Virus record (IMG/VR): IMGVR_UViG_3300035661_000001
Span: 62,001 to 126,000 of that record
DNA length: 64,000 nt
Strand: one strand, 5' to 3'
Shown: positions 10,484-21,633 of the stretch, one piece after another
How positions within the stretch are numbered: the first letter of the stretch is position 1
Layout: each line of letters starts with the position of its first letter
Made by a program: the position numbers and the translations under genes
The notes under the pieces: model-generated
Told to the model about the DNA's origin: nothing
What the model saw: the letters and a program-made list of their open reading frames with translations, nothing else
Database searches by the model: none

Positions 10484-11494
10484 ATGTCTAAAAACTTTAT
10501 AGAAAAATTGAAAAGCAGAATTCGTGCCCAGAAGGATGGTATTCCTTTTGACAAAAGTGAATCCTATTATGATTCAGAAGACATGAGGCAAGTTCCGTTT
10601 GATTTCTTTTCAAACAGATATACTGATCGTTACAAGGACGCAAAAGAGATTGAACAAGAAGCTTTTGTAAAAAAGTATTTTGACATGTCTTGCGGGTACT
10701 TGCATTTAAGCTGGGATATCGATGCCTTTTGGACAGAGGTTGCGGAGAAGGTAATGATCCCATATGTTCAAGCAATTTATCGCGAGCTGGTCCGTCTAGG
10801 TCATGATGAATCTAATCCATGTATGTATGGTGATGCGGACGGTGATATGTTCTGGGTCCCAGCTCCAAATCCAGATACAATGGTTTTAGTTCAAAAAGAT
10901 CAGCAAGGTAGAAAGTACCTTTACGTTTGCACTGAAAATGGAACTGTCTACGATTACCCATCCAGCAGATGGAATTTTCATATCCGCCAGTTCTGGGAAA
11001 GATATCAAGACGACCCAGAAAATTGGAGGTTGGATGAATTGTACTCATGTTATAGCAAAGTCTCCATGCGCGATTTGGAATGCCTGAATTCTTCTAAAGA
11101 AGATCTAGAATCTTTTAGTAAAGAAGAACTTATTGAATTCATTCAGAAAGACGACAGAAAAAGAATGTCTCCTGATGAGTTCATTAAAAGCATTTTGACC
11201 CGTGTAGATAGTTATGCGGAATTATCTGATGATCATTATCAGTATACCCATCGTCATAGTCTGGACTTCTATAAACAACGAGGTTTCAATTTTCAAAACT
11301 ATCGTGAACCGTTTAATAACATCTATGGTGATGGTAGAGACGGCGGCTATATTATCTCAATCAAGAGCCATCGAGCAGAAGATTTGGTAAAAAATTTCCA
11401 CGCATTGGAGATGATTGCAACCTGTCATCTTCCTTGTCTGGCGAGCCAGCTTGATTTAGATGTTGACATAACTTGGATTGGTAAAAACCAATAG
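10484..11494 (+). CDS. Hypothetical protein
   Basis: 336-aa ORF, GAGG upstream. Confidence 0.6.
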   Translation: MSKNFIEKLKSRIRAQKDGIPFDKSESYYDSEDMRQVPFDFFSNRYTDRYKDAKEIEQEAFVKKYFDMSCGYLHLSWDIDAFWTEVAEKVMIPYVQAIYRELVRLGHDESNPCMYGDADGDMFWVPAPNPDTMVLVQKDQQGRKYLYVCTENGTVYDYPSSRWNFHIRQFWERYQDDPENWRLDELYSCYSKVSMRDLECLNSSKEDLESFSKEELIEFIQKDDRKRMSPDEFIKSILTRVDSYAELSDDHYQYTHRHSLDFYKQRGFNFQNYREPFNNIYGDGRDGGYIISIKSHRAEDLVKNFHALEMIATCHLPCLASQLDLDVDITWIGKNQ

Positions 11495-11503
11495 AGAATT
11501 CCT

Positions 11504-12019
11504 ATGGAAAAAACTATCTATCAGATTGCATTCACGGAAACTGTTGTTTTCTCTTGCGCAGAAATTGATACATTAATTACATTTAGTGGATCTGGATTGC
11601 GCTGGTGGATGTCTGCGGATAATGGAGAGTTCATGTTGGTAGACACATTGGATGTCAACAACGATCTTAGTCGAGCACCAATTGCTTATGCTAGAAAGCT
11701 GGCAAGTGATTGGTTTAACCATTCGATGACTAAAGCTGCTGACGGAAGTACTGAGGAAGAAACTCCTTTGTCAAATGCCTATAACACTACGCCAGTGAAC
11801 AGGAATTATACTCCTGTTAGAAACGTAGTGAAAGTAGAGAAAAACTTTCCTGTGGTTGAACCAATGTGGGTTGATGAAGATAAAAGAGATGCTCACACTG
11901 AACACTGTTGTTTGACCCATCGATTTTGTTTTTATGGTAACAGCAAGTGCTCGGTGGTTCTTGGCAAGAAAAAGCCTAGTTATTCCTGTCGATGTGCAGA
12001 AAAGGAAAAAGCAGCATGA
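11504..12019 (+). CDS. Hypothetical protein with C-terminal Cys/His cluster
   Basis: 'HTEHCCLTHRFCFYG..KCSVV...CRC'. Confidence 0.55.
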   Translation: MEKTIYQIAFTETVVFSCAEIDTLITFSGSGLRWWMSADNGEFMLVDTLDVNNDLSRAPIAYARKLASDWFNHSMTKAADGSTEEETPLSNAYNTTPVNRNYTPVRNVVKVEKNFPVVEPMWVDEDKRDAHTEHCCLTHRFCFYGNSKCSVVLGKKKPSYSCRCAEKEKAA

Positions 12020-12795
12020 GTAACACGGATGTTCGTGTTTTGTTTCCAGTTCGAGAGAAAAGGAAGTCGTACTAGACGAGGTCATCGCCCTAATAGATAT
12101 CTATTAGCCCCAACGTACAGTGAGATGGTGGCGACTGCTTTCAATATAGTTCTGTCTGACGTTCAGAGCTACGGTCGTAGCAAGATCACTTTTTACTTGT
12201 TGCGAAAAGAAAATGAAGATAAGAAGTGTTTTGGATACATGAAAAATGTAGAAGATTCACATTATCCAATCAATATTGATAGTTATTTGACTTTACAGCA
12301 TCATTACAATGATATGCTGAAAATGCCTAACTGGCATGATACTGTAGAGGAACTGATTCAAGAAAGAATCAGTTCCTCTACTGCAAGAGTAAAAAACTTT
12401 AACTTCATGAAAAAAGTTAGGGAACAATTCAATTTACCGGAACCGGTGATTGATGTTGCTTCCGTATCAAATTCTATACCAGAAGTTGAACCCATCCAAG
12501 TACAGCCTGTGCGAGAAGTGCCGATGCCTCGGGTAGCTCCTGTTGAACCTCCTGCAATAAGGTGGGATCCGCTCGCTGAGAGATGGAATAGAATTGAGGC
12601 GATAGCAGCTATCAATGAAGTTGTTGCAGAACAAAATATCAACCTTGATGCCGTTCCCATCAGAAACCTCCCGTTGCGAGAGTTGCATAACGTTATTGAA
12701 CGCAATGGTGGTTTTATTGTAGAAAATATCGACGAGCAAGTAATGCGTGATATTTTTGGCAACGTAATCTGATACAAAGAAAGTAGAGAATTTCA

Positions 12796-13203
12796 ATGCC
12801 TAGTGTTCGTGAATTGTTTCCTGAGTGTGAGAAGCGTAAAAGAGTTCGGCGCGGCTATGCAGCGCAGAAAGAGTGGAGTGCCCCGCCACTGATGAATAAC
12901 TTCATTGCCAAGCTGTCTACTGACGTTTTGGATTCTCATACCAAGGAATCTATTGTTCAGGGTCGAGCCGTTGAGATGCGGCGAATGATTATCAAAGAAC
13001 GAAACAGATTTGGATATCTTTGTTTCAAACCTGGTACTATTAATTTGGCGCAGGTTCGGTCATACGACGGTTTGCACCAAGTATACAAGTCGGTTAGAGG
13101 CACAATCAATTGGTCGAATACTTGGGCTGATTGCCAGCAATATGTGGCGGCACATTGCACTTCTCCTGCGTATGTGGCTAGAGTCCGTCAGCTTCGTTTC
13201 TGA
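12796..13203 (+). CDS. Hypothetical basic protein
   Basis: 135-aa ORF in the operon flow. Confidence 0.5.
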   Translation: MPSVRELFPECEKRKRVRRGYAAQKEWSAPPLMNNFIAKLSTDVLDSHTKESIVQGRAVEMRRMIIKERNRFGYLCFKPGTINLAQVRSYDGLHQVYKSVRGTINWSNTWADCQQYVAAHCTSPAYVARVRQLRF

Positions 13204-13577
13204 TCTTAAAAGAGATTAAAATGAAATTGATCATGGAGTATATGGCTGGTGAAGGATTCAATCATTGGACTGTAACAATTCCTGTTGAGTATGAATCAAA
13301 AGAAAAACTACTCGCTGATTTTGAAGTAGCTTTGGATAAAGCCCTTCTTATCAAGAGCGATACTTTTCATTTCTTGTGTGATTTTTCTGTGGAAGATTTT
13401 CTATCTCACAGAAGTTATAATGCTTGGAAAGTTCTTCCGAAAGTATTCAAACTAAGCGAGTGGTTTGATTCTTATAAGTTGAAAGATCCGGAAGATTCAA
13501 ACATCCATAGTTGTAGTATGGAGTGTGGATTTGGACATTCGTGTGGAAGTATTGTTTTCGATCCAAACTGGTAACTT

Positions 13578-14525
13578 ATGAATCTTTTAGTCGAACCAAA
13601 AATCGGGGGCATTTCTTGGGAAAAATTCCTTGAGGGATGCCCCAAATTTTCTATTGCCCTAGACGGTTATGTCAATGTTGGTCCACGATTGGACCTTGAC
13701 AAAATGGCAGTCAACTTCAATCATCATGAAGAGGTTGATCGGCTAGCAACCAGGGCTACCTGTGCACAGGTGCTCATGGCAATTCGTCAGGGAATGTTTT
13801 CTTCTTTTAGAGATGACAATGGACCATGTGCTAACATCTTTGTAAACGATTGTGATGAAGATGTTTGCACTTCTTGGTTTCTATTGAATAACAGCCACAT
13901 GGTTACCCATGCTGTTAATCCAATGGTTAACAAATTAGTAATCATGGAAGACGCTTTGGATAGCACTGCTGGAGCTTATCCGTTCCCGGCTGAACTGCCT
14001 GCCTTGCAGGAATTGGCGTGGGTTTTTGCACCATATCGTCAATTCCGTCTTAACCATGGTTTAGATGGAAGAGATGCTGATTCATTCAGATCCATTATCA
14101 TGGATGTTGAATTACGTATCATGCAGTACATTACTGGTCATGGAAAGACTCTTCCACTGAATACTAAATATAAAGTAATCGGTGGTGGCGAAGGCTGGTC
14201 CATGGTTGAAGAGATTGGCATGCATGCACGAACAGGCATGTTTGGTGATGGAATCAAAGCATATGTATCCGTTAAGCAATTGCAGAATGGTAACTATGGA
14301 TATGTGTTCGGAAAACTATCTCCATTTATTCCGGTTGATTTGATTAAATTTACCAAAAGGTTTAACACTATAGATCCTGCGGTGATTGAGTCTGAGCGCG
14401 AAGCTCTTGCTGTCGGTAGAGAAAACCATAATAAATGGGGTGGTGGTAATAATATCATAGGTAGTCCGAGACTCACCGGAAGTCTCATTGATCCAGAAAA
14501 TTTGCAAAAAGAAATTAATGGCTGA
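13578..14525 (+). CDS. Hypothetical protein, possible DHH-like phosphoesterase
   Basis: 'ALDG', 'FNHHE', 'NDCDEDV', 'DS..G', C-terminal 'WGGGNNIIGSPR' resembling DHHA1 GGG. Confidence 0.4.
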   Translation: MNLLVEPKIGGISWEKFLEGCPKFSIALDGYVNVGPRLDLDKMAVNFNHHEEVDRLATRATCAQVLMAIRQGMFSSFRDDNGPCANIFVNDCDEDVCTSWFLLNNSHMVTHAVNPMVNKLVIMEDALDSTAGAYPFPAELPALQELAWVFAPYRQFRLNHGLDGRDADSFRSIIMDVELRIMQYITGHGKTLPLNTKYKVIGGGEGWSMVEEIGMHARTGMFGDGIKAYVSVKQLQNGNYGYVFGKLSPFIPVDLIKFTKRFNTIDPAVIESEREALAVGRENHNKWGGGNNIIGSPRLTGSLIDPENLQKEING

Positions 14526-15099
14526 ACGATGACGGTTAAGTTAACCAAAATTCAATTGGCGACTCTAGAATACATCTGTCAAAAATGTGAGATCACAACT
14601 TATCATCCTTCTACTGGATCTTTGGTAATGAAGAATCTTGTTAAATTTGGATTTTTAAGAGTGCTAGATTCTTCGTATGGTTCAACCAAACAACAAACGT
14701 GGATACCAACTTTGCTTGGTAAATCTCATGCTGAAACTAATAGAACTGCTGCTCGGGCAGCAATCTATGATTTTGGGCGGGACTAAAAATAAGGAGATTG
14801 TATGAATAAAAACTTATTTAGTTTTCCCTTTGCTGGTATGACAAAAAACGATTTCAACGAAGCAATGACAGGATTGATTGACAAAGGATTGGCTATCCGT
14901 GTAATGTTGGAAGGGAAAGAATTTTTCTCTTTGACTCCATTGGGGCAAGTTGTTAATAAGCACGCGCGTGGGGACGCGTCTAAAAGGAATTGAGTATGTC
15001 ACCAAATATTAAAGCGCTACTGGCTAACATTATCTATTGAAATAATCTACACTATCAAAACCCACTTGATAGTATACCAGATTTTATTATTTTTACTGG

Positions 15100-15127
15100 T
15101 TGACAAATAAGTCCTAGTGCTTAGCAT
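15100..15127 (+). promoter_or_regulatory. Sigma70-like promoter
   Basis: TTGACA-N16-TAGCAT in an intergenic gap. Confidence 0.5.
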
Positions 15128-15172
15128 GAACTTGCAAGCATAGCGGTGCGCCGGGGCTTTAAAAAATGATTA

Positions 15173-15250
15173 TAATTACGTCCTCTATACGGCTAAGACA
15201 CCTGATTTAATTTCAATCAGACAAAATGGGTTCGATCCCCGTCGGAATTG
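15173..15250 (+). pseudogene. Degenerate tRNA (Glu-like)
   Basis: Intact T arm (GGTTCGATCCC) and CTGATT/AATCAG stem, mismatched acceptor and D stems, abnormal anticodon loop. Confidence 0.45.
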
Positions 15251-15264
15251 TTTTGGAGTTTAAC

Positions 15265-16098
15265 ATGATAAATATTCGTACTTCGGTTTTTGAAACCAAT
15301 TCTTCCAGCACTCATAGTATATCTATCGCCAGTAACGCTGATGGTATCTTGGGGACCATAGTGCCCAATGATGAGGGCGTGATCATTCTGACAGGCGGAG
15401 AGTTTGGTTGGGCTTGGGATAAGTTTAACGATGCAATAACCAAAGCTAATTATTGTGCGGTGGATGCTGCTGAGCACGCTGAGCACTCACACATGCTTGC
15501 AGAAGTGCTTGCTGAGCACACTGGAGCTAAAAAGATTGTTTTTGCTATCGATGATGGAAGTTATATCGACCATGACTCAACTGGAGCTTCTGGTGAAGCT
15601 TTTCAATCACCAGAGAAATTGAAAGATTTCATTTTCAATTCTAAATCTTGGTTGTTTACTGGAAATGATAATGATGATAGTCCGCCAAACTTTTATGATG
15701 TAGAAGATGATATCGTTTACACATATGAGTTGAAAATGGATGGAATTGATTTTTCAACTAAATTCTCAGAGAAACCTTCTCCTAGCGATGTGGAAGAGGC
15801 TGCTGAGAAGATGGCGAAAAAGCATCCTGCAACAATAATTAATCGCGAAGATTTTGAAGATTACATTGATCATGAACCATACATGGTATATCCCTATGAC
15901 TTGAAATTGTATGACGAGACTATCGTCAACTCTCTTAATAAAATCGATCAAGGGCTGATAACTCTTTATCGTGTTGAACGTATGTGGCAACGTAAAGAAT
16001 CATCTATTACTAAATCTAACCGTGAAGGACTAGCCGTTAAGGGAGATGCAGTAATGGATTCTATTGACATTTCTTTTCAGTTAATTCCGATAGAATAA
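15265..16098 (+). CDS. Conserved phage protein with N-terminal 'FETNSSSTHS' motif
   Basis: 'MINIRTSVFETNSSSTHSISI'; listed 15226 start lies inside the pseudo-tRNA. Confidence 0.6.
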   Translation: MINIRTSVFETNSSSTHSISIASNADGILGTIVPNDEGVIILTGGEFGWAWDKFNDAITKANYCAVDAAEHAEHSHMLAEVLAEHTGAKKIVFAIDDGSYIDHDSTGASGEAFQSPEKLKDFIFNSKSWLFTGNDNDDSPPNFYDVEDDIVYTYELKMDGIDFSTKFSEKPSPSDVEEAAEKMAKKHPATIINREDFEDYIDHEPYMVYPYDLKLYDETIVNSLNKIDQGLITLYRVERMWQRKESSITKSNREGLAVKGDAVMDSIDISFQLIPIE

Positions 16099-16411
16099 AA
16101 AGTTTTATGTACAAAGTAGCTCCTGCACCCATTGGTTTGTATTATGGTCGCGGCGTACAGGTCTTGTATGACGTTAAAGACGTTGTACGAAAAGTACCAG
16201 CAGTTCGTACTAAAGAAGGGAAAATCTTAATTCAAGATCGCCCCGACCTTCCTTATGCTATGACTATGGAAGAAATTAGGGATGCGTATGGTGGAGAGAT
16301 TATTGAAATAGAAGTTATGAATGAAGTTACTGCTAATTATTCACAGTATGTAACAGAATCAAATTTCCCTAAAGTTAAAGATCTATCTGCGATTGAAAGA
16401 GCGTATCAGAG

Positions 16412-17356
16412 ATGCCGAAAATATATGGATTCTCTTGGAAACAAAAAGAAGTGAAACTTCTACATTCTTATCTTAACGGAAATTCACATGTGTGTCTGTA
16501 TGAAGATGGAACAAAAGAACGAACATATAATGGAATTCCTGATGCCACTCATCCAGAATCCATTGACGTAAAGATTACTAATTACTGTGATGCTGGCTGT
16601 AGTTATTGTCATGAGAAATCTACAATAGCCGGATCACATGGTGATCTAGATGTTTTGACTGAAACTCTGAGTTGCCTGCCGGCAGGAGTAGAAATTGCTA
16701 TTGGTGGTGGTAATCCTCTTTCCCATCCACAACTGGTTCCTTTTCTTACAGCTATGAAGGCTCAAGGATTGATTTGCAATATTACAATCAATCAAAAACA
16801 TTTGAAAGAGTATAAAGATTTAATTCTATCTCTTATTTACCAGGAGTTGGTATATGGTGTAGGAATTTCTTATTCTTCAAAAGTTTATTTGGAAAATATT
16901 AAACCATTTCTGGAAGCTTCTTCTAATGTTGTATTCCATGTAATCATGGGTATTAATGGAGTTTCTGACATTGATGATTTGATGAACGTGTGTCAGACAC
17001 ACGCACGTGTGTGTAAGATTCTTATCTTGGGCTATAAAAGCTATGGGTTTGGATTAAACTACTATTTGAAAAACAAAAGGATTGAAGATGTAAAATATCA
17101 ATGGTATACTAAATTGGCTACTTATTTTAAGAAGCCCGATTTGGTTTTGTCATTTGATAACTTGGCAATTTCTCAAATGAATCTCAAGCGTTTCTTTACC
17201 GGAGCAGCATGGGATAAGTTTTTCATGGGCACTGACGGTCAGTTCACTTGCTATATCGATGCCGTGGAACAACAGTACGCTATGTCTAGTACATCTTCAG
17301 ATAGAGTTTCTTTCAAAGAAAAAGATCTTCTTTCATTTTTTGTTTCTTTGAAATAG
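16412..17356 (+). CDS. Radical SAM protein
   Basis: CxxxCxxC 'NYCDAGCSYCHE', 'AIGGGNPL', 'NITIN'; true start may be downstream of 16412. Confidence 0.9.
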   Translation: MPKIYGFSWKQKEVKLLHSYLNGNSHVCLYEDGTKERTYNGIPDATHPESIDVKITNYCDAGCSYCHEKSTIAGSHGDLDVLTETLSCLPAGVEIAIGGGNPLSHPQLVPFLTAMKAQGLICNITINQKHLKEYKDLILSLIYQELVYGVGISYSSKVYLENIKPFLEASSNVVFHVIMGINGVSDIDDLMNVCQTHARVCKILILGYKSYGFGLNYYLKNKRIEDVKYQWYTKLATYFKKPDLVLSFDNLAISQMNLKRFFTGAAWDKFFMGTDGQFTCYIDAVEQQYAMSSTSSDRVSFKEKDLLSFFVSLK

Positions 17357-17418
17357 AAATCATCTACGCATATGATTTCATAAGTACATCAAACTCTTCT
17401 AGTAGTTCTGGTAGTACT

Positions 17419-17640
17419 ATGAATTGTGAAACGATTTCATATTGTCAAGAATTCAATCAAAATTGTAATCTAAACTTGATAAGCTCTGTTGCGTGTCAAT
17501 CAGTATGGGATTCCTGTTATTTTGGTAATGGTTGTCCGGCATCTTTTTCACAAAAAATTTTAATTGCTTTTAACACGTGTGCATGGTATAAAATGCAACC
17601 ATTGAGCAATGCTTTGGGTAGTTGTTGTTACTGTGAGTAA
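17419..17640 (+). CDS. Small Cys-rich peptide
   Basis: 73 aa with 10 Cys, ending CCYCE, directly after the radical SAM gene. Confidence 0.45.
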   Translation: MNCETISYCQEFNQNCNLNLISSVACQSVWDSCYFGNGCPASFSQKILIAFNTCAWYKMQPLSNALGSCCYCE

Positions 17641-18119
17641 TTTTTCAAAAGAACAGGTACAAATGAAAATCTACGAGAATGTTCAGCGGTTTGATAGCAA
17701 AACTGGTAAGCCGTATTTTGTGAAACGATTCAAGGAATTCCGTTGTGATTTTTCCGGTCAACTGATTGACGAGGATGATCTGGAGACCTATTTCTATCCA
17801 TCTTACAATCTGGATTACGAAAGCTCGGATCCCTGTTTCGGATCTTGTGGCGATGAGTATGAGTTCGGTCAGAAACATGACGTCGCTATGTTTGAATTTC
17901 TGAGCGACACCTATCATTTTCGCAATGATATCGATCCTGATGGTCATGGATTTATCGATCAATCTGTTAAAATGATGCAGCACTATCTTCCGGATAGGCT
18001 TTCGTTTGCGGAGATGTGCCGCACTAGCCGCATCGTAACCGCCGAGAAACTCATCGAAAGCGGAGAGATTGCTGCCGATCAACTGTCTCTTTAAGTATAA
18101 ATAGTTCTGATATATTAAT

Positions 18120-18191
18120 GGTTCCATCGTTCAACGGCTAGGACGGCGGCTTCTAACACTGCCTATAAGGGTTCGACTCCCTTTGGAACCA
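18120..18191 (+). tRNA. tRNA with CTA anticodon in the canonical register (possible amber suppressor; alternatively a degenerate Arg-TCT)
   Basis: Acceptor GGTTCCA/TGGAACC, D stem GTTC/GGAC, loop TTCTAAC, T arm AAGGG-TTCGACT-CCCTT. Confidence 0.7.
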
Positions 18192-18213
18192 TCCATTTAA
18201 TTTAAGGGTTTAA

Positions 18214-18360
18214 TATGAAAATATATTTATTTGCGGGTGCATGTGCGTTTGTTTTTTTTGGTTGCGGTTCAGATGAACCACAATGTAGAATCCCTTGTCC
18301 ATTTCATATGGATGAATTGTGTTGGGAAGATTGTACTCAAGCACCACCAGGTACTCCATA
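18214..18360 (+). CDS. Small Cys-rich lipoprotein (not in ORF track)
   Basis: MKIYLFAGACAFVFFGC|GSDEPQCRIPCPF...; lipobox-like FFGC. Confidence 0.5.
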
Positions 18361-18756
18361 ATGAAAAGTTCAACAGTTACAATTAAGTTTAGTAACCCAT
18401 CTGCCGCCGCACATTTTGTTCACTGGTTGGGCGGACAAGGCGAACAAGATTATTGCATTTGGATGGAGTGTAGAGAACAGGAGGAAGAGGGTGATATTAC
18501 TGCTCTTCGTTTTGATTACGACTATGACAATACTGTTGAAGTAAAAGCAATATGTGGCAGAATGGATGCTAGAAAAATTAAAAAATGAATTTTGACAAAT
18601 TAAGTATAGCTATTTATAGTAGTATGGCTACGGCTAGCTTTTTAATTGCAGCTAATAGTTTTTCTTCTGGAGAGAAATCTGATGGATTTCTTTTTGGTAT
18701 TAATGCAATTTTTTGGTTTGTAACTACTGTTGTTTGTTGTGCTAAAGGTGAAAAAT

Positions 18757-18978
18757 ATGGGAACTGATAAAAAATCTATAAGTCCGTGGGTGTGGGTGTG
18801 TCTGGGCGTATTTGCACTGGTGGTTGGTCTTCCTTTGGCAACATGCGGAGCATGTTCTGCATATACAGTAATTGGAACTAGCCGCAATGCACATCCGACT
18901 TTGCGAAAAGGTGACAAGTGCGAAAGCTCCTCTCAATGTGAGGGAAGTTCATCTTGTCGTGACGGCGTATGTCGATGA
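18757..18978 (+). CDS. Membrane-anchored protein with C-terminal 4-Cys knot
   Basis: TM segment then 'CESSSQCEGSSSCRDGVCR'. Confidence 0.5.
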   Translation: MGTDKKSISPWVWVCLGVFALVVGLPLATCGACSAYTVIGTSRNAHPTLRKGDKCESSSQCEGSSSCRDGVCR

Positions 18979-20021
18979 ATGCAAACCGGGTAAAATTCCG
19001 TTAATAAAGGACCAGATGCCAGAAGAGAAAATCTCAGCCAGAGAACAATTAAAACTCAACGAGAAAAAAGTAGAAGAATTAAATAAGCAAGCAGATGATT
19101 TGCACAAGATCGCTTATGATCTTGAAAAAGATTCTTCTGCCGTGATTGCCAAATTAATTGATGAAGAGAAAATTTTGGCAGGAACAACCTGGGAACTGGT
19201 CCCAGGTAAAAAAACAACACATCTAGAATTTACGGGTAATTTCAAATCTCCCGAAATTTCAAAAGTGTTTGAATTAACTTGGAATGGCTATCACTCATCT
19301 TTTGTGATGGCAGATGGAATTGATTTGTATTATGATGATTACAGGGTTTCAATTCAATTTGATGATTTGAAATTAGTAGCACCCTTCATAAAAAAAATGG
19401 AAATCATTTTGGATATGTCTAGCATCCGAGATAATCTTCAAAAAATGAGAAGAGACCTATCGGCATTAGAAATGATTTGCCATCAGTTGCAATTGATGGC
19501 TTAGTGATTATTATGTAGGTATGGAAATAATTTTAAATTACTCACAAATTCAACTTGAGGCAGCCATAGAATTTATCTCTTCAAATAACCTTAACTTTTT
19601 AGAAAAGGACGAAGAGATAAAACAAACTATCTTAGACGGAATGGTGTATTTAACTAAAGACGTTGATGCCCAATTCTATTCAACTATGGGATTTACTTTG
19701 GTTGCTGATAGGGAATTTGAATCTATAGATTCAGATGAAAACGTTTGTCGTATAGAAATTTTGATTGACCCATCCATGCATCTATATGATTATATGGATG
19801 AGGATGATATCCAGGCTCAAACATTGGAGACAGAAATATGAAGATTGAAGATTTTTTGGGTCTCACTAAAAAAGTGCTCAGGACAAGGCGGAATCAAAAA
19901 GTTTGATTTTTCGTCTTATTCGTGTGGATAGAAATGATTTTTTCTCTTATCCAGAAGATACTATAAACGATCGTGTATGTGTAGAAATTGATAATGGCAA
20001 AGTGAGTAAGGTCATTTTGAA

Positions 20022-20462
20022 ATGAAAATTAATATTGCCGTTGGCGATGAAGGTGGAGATGGTCACGAAAAAAATGAACAGGTGACCATTGAATCTAATC
20101 TTACCAAAAAAGAATTAGAAAAAACTTATAAAAAAAGCTCTAAAATTCTTGGATTTGATTTCTGTAAAATTGCAGCTACTGATTATGAAAACTCTGAAGT
20201 CCCTATTAAATACTTTCAAGCACTTAGGGACAGCGGATACCAAGGTGTTATTGAAGCTGAAGAAGATTACAATATTCTGATTGCTAAACCAAAAGATAAA
20301 AGAGAGCGCTGGGAGCGTAATCTCAAAGGTCCATCTGTAACCATGGACGAATATATTGATATCTTTTTATTTATTTGCAAGTTGGGCGACCCACAGTTGA
20401 AATATAAAATTGTTCATGACGACAATGATTACTTGCATATTGGTGGTTATGGATTATTGTAA
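20022..20462 (+). CDS. Hypothetical protein, tandem paralog 1 (GDxxGDGH...IGGYGL)
   Basis: Aligns end to end with 20474-20917. Confidence 0.7.
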   Translation: MKINIAVGDEGGDGHEKNEQVTIESNLTKKELEKTYKKSSKILGFDFCKIAATDYENSEVPIKYFQALRDSGYQGVIEAEEDYNILIAKPKDKRERWERNLKGPSVTMDEYIDIFLFICKLGDPQLKYKIVHDDNDYLHIGGYGLL

Positions 20463-20473
20463 ACGGAATAAAA

Positions 20474-20917
20474 ATGAAAATTAATATCTTTGTTGGTGAC
20501 CGTAGTGGTGATGGTCATGATAAGAAAATGCATTTGACTTTTGAATCAAATTTTTCAAAAAAACAAATGGATGAAGCTTTTGATAAAGGCTCGGCGATTC
20601 TTGGATTTGATTTCACCAATGAAGTAGCTACTGATTATGAAGACTCCGAAGTCCCCATCGATATGTGGCGAAAAATTAAAGAAGCAGGATACTCAAATCA
20701 TATTGATGACGAGGAATCTTACAACAAGCTAATTGCTAAACCAAAAAGTGAAATAGCACCATGGGAGAGATCAGTTCCTAACTGTCCATCTGTAAATATG
20801 GATGAGTTCATTGATATTGTTTTATTTATTTGTAAATTGGGAGCTCCCGATTTTGAATATGAAGCGAACACTGATAACAACGATTGGTATATTGGCGGCT
20901 ACGGATTGTTTACGTGA
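20474..20917 (+). CDS. Hypothetical protein, tandem paralog 2
   Basis: 'MKINIFVGDRSGDGH...IGGYGLF'. Confidence 0.7.
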   Translation: MKINIFVGDRSGDGHDKKMHLTFESNFSKKQMDEAFDKGSAILGFDFTNEVATDYEDSEVPIDMWRKIKEAGYSNHIDDEESYNKLIAKPKSEIAPWERSVPNCPSVNMDEFIDIVLFICKLGAPDFEYEANTDNNDWYIGGYGLFT

Positions 20918-20924
20918 GGAAACT

Positions 20925-21275
20925 ATGATTCAAGAACATATTAGAAATAATCTGTCAAGATTTGAAGAGATCTTTCAAAAGGCTACCAGTAAAATTGAGG
21001 CACTCAAAGTTGGTGAAAGATTGCCTGCAACGACGCTTGCGGCAGATCTAGGTAAAGAATATGATTTAACTGGTGCACAGCTTTATCCTGTGATATCTTT
21101 GTTTTTGAAAGGATATCCGGATATCGAGATCGCGCGGGGTGCCAAGGGCGGAATCGTTAAGCTTAGCCCTGGCAGTTCTAAAAACAAACTTGCCAAATTG
21201 TTGGCAGAAGAAGATACGGAAATGCTTGACCCTAACCACTTAGACAGCAAGTTGCTGCCAATCATTAATACGTGA
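20925..21275 (+). CDS. Small winged-helix-like DNA-binding protein
   Basis: 'ATTLAADL...IARGAKGGIVKL' wing motif, shared with 43483-43899. Confidence 0.45.
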   Translation: MIQEHIRNNLSRFEEIFQKATSKIEALKVGERLPATTLAADLGKEYDLTGAQLYPVISLFLKGYPDIEIARGAKGGIVKLSPGSSKNKLAKLLAEEDTEMLDPNHLDSKLLPIINT

Positions 21276-21560
21276 GGATAACCAAATGAATCTTGAAGAC
21301 CTGGAAGAGTATCTGTCTGATTTTCTTCCCACCGGATTTAAAGTTGATACCAATAAAAAAGGCGAACTTATCATCTATACCGGACTGGTTCAAGATGATG
21401 ATGGTGAGTTGTCCGACCTGAAAGAACCAGAAGAAGATGAGCCCGAGGAGGAATCCGAATTTCCGGGGGAGGAGTTCGAACCTTTGGAGGACGAAGAGGA
21501 AATCGAAGATGATTCGTGATTGATAATCTTTACGAATATCCTGGCATATAGGGTATTCAT

Positions 21561-21633
21561 GGGCTGGTGGCGAAATGGCAAGCGCGACGGTTTTAAGAAC
21601 CGTTAAGTGTGGGTTCGAGTCCCACCCAGCCTA
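21561..21633 (+). tRNA. tRNA-Leu(TAA) with a short 5-nt variable loop
   Basis: Acceptor GGGCTGG/CCAGCCT, Leu-type D loop, ACGGT-TTTAAGA-ACCGT, variable TAAGT, A73. Confidence 0.85.
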
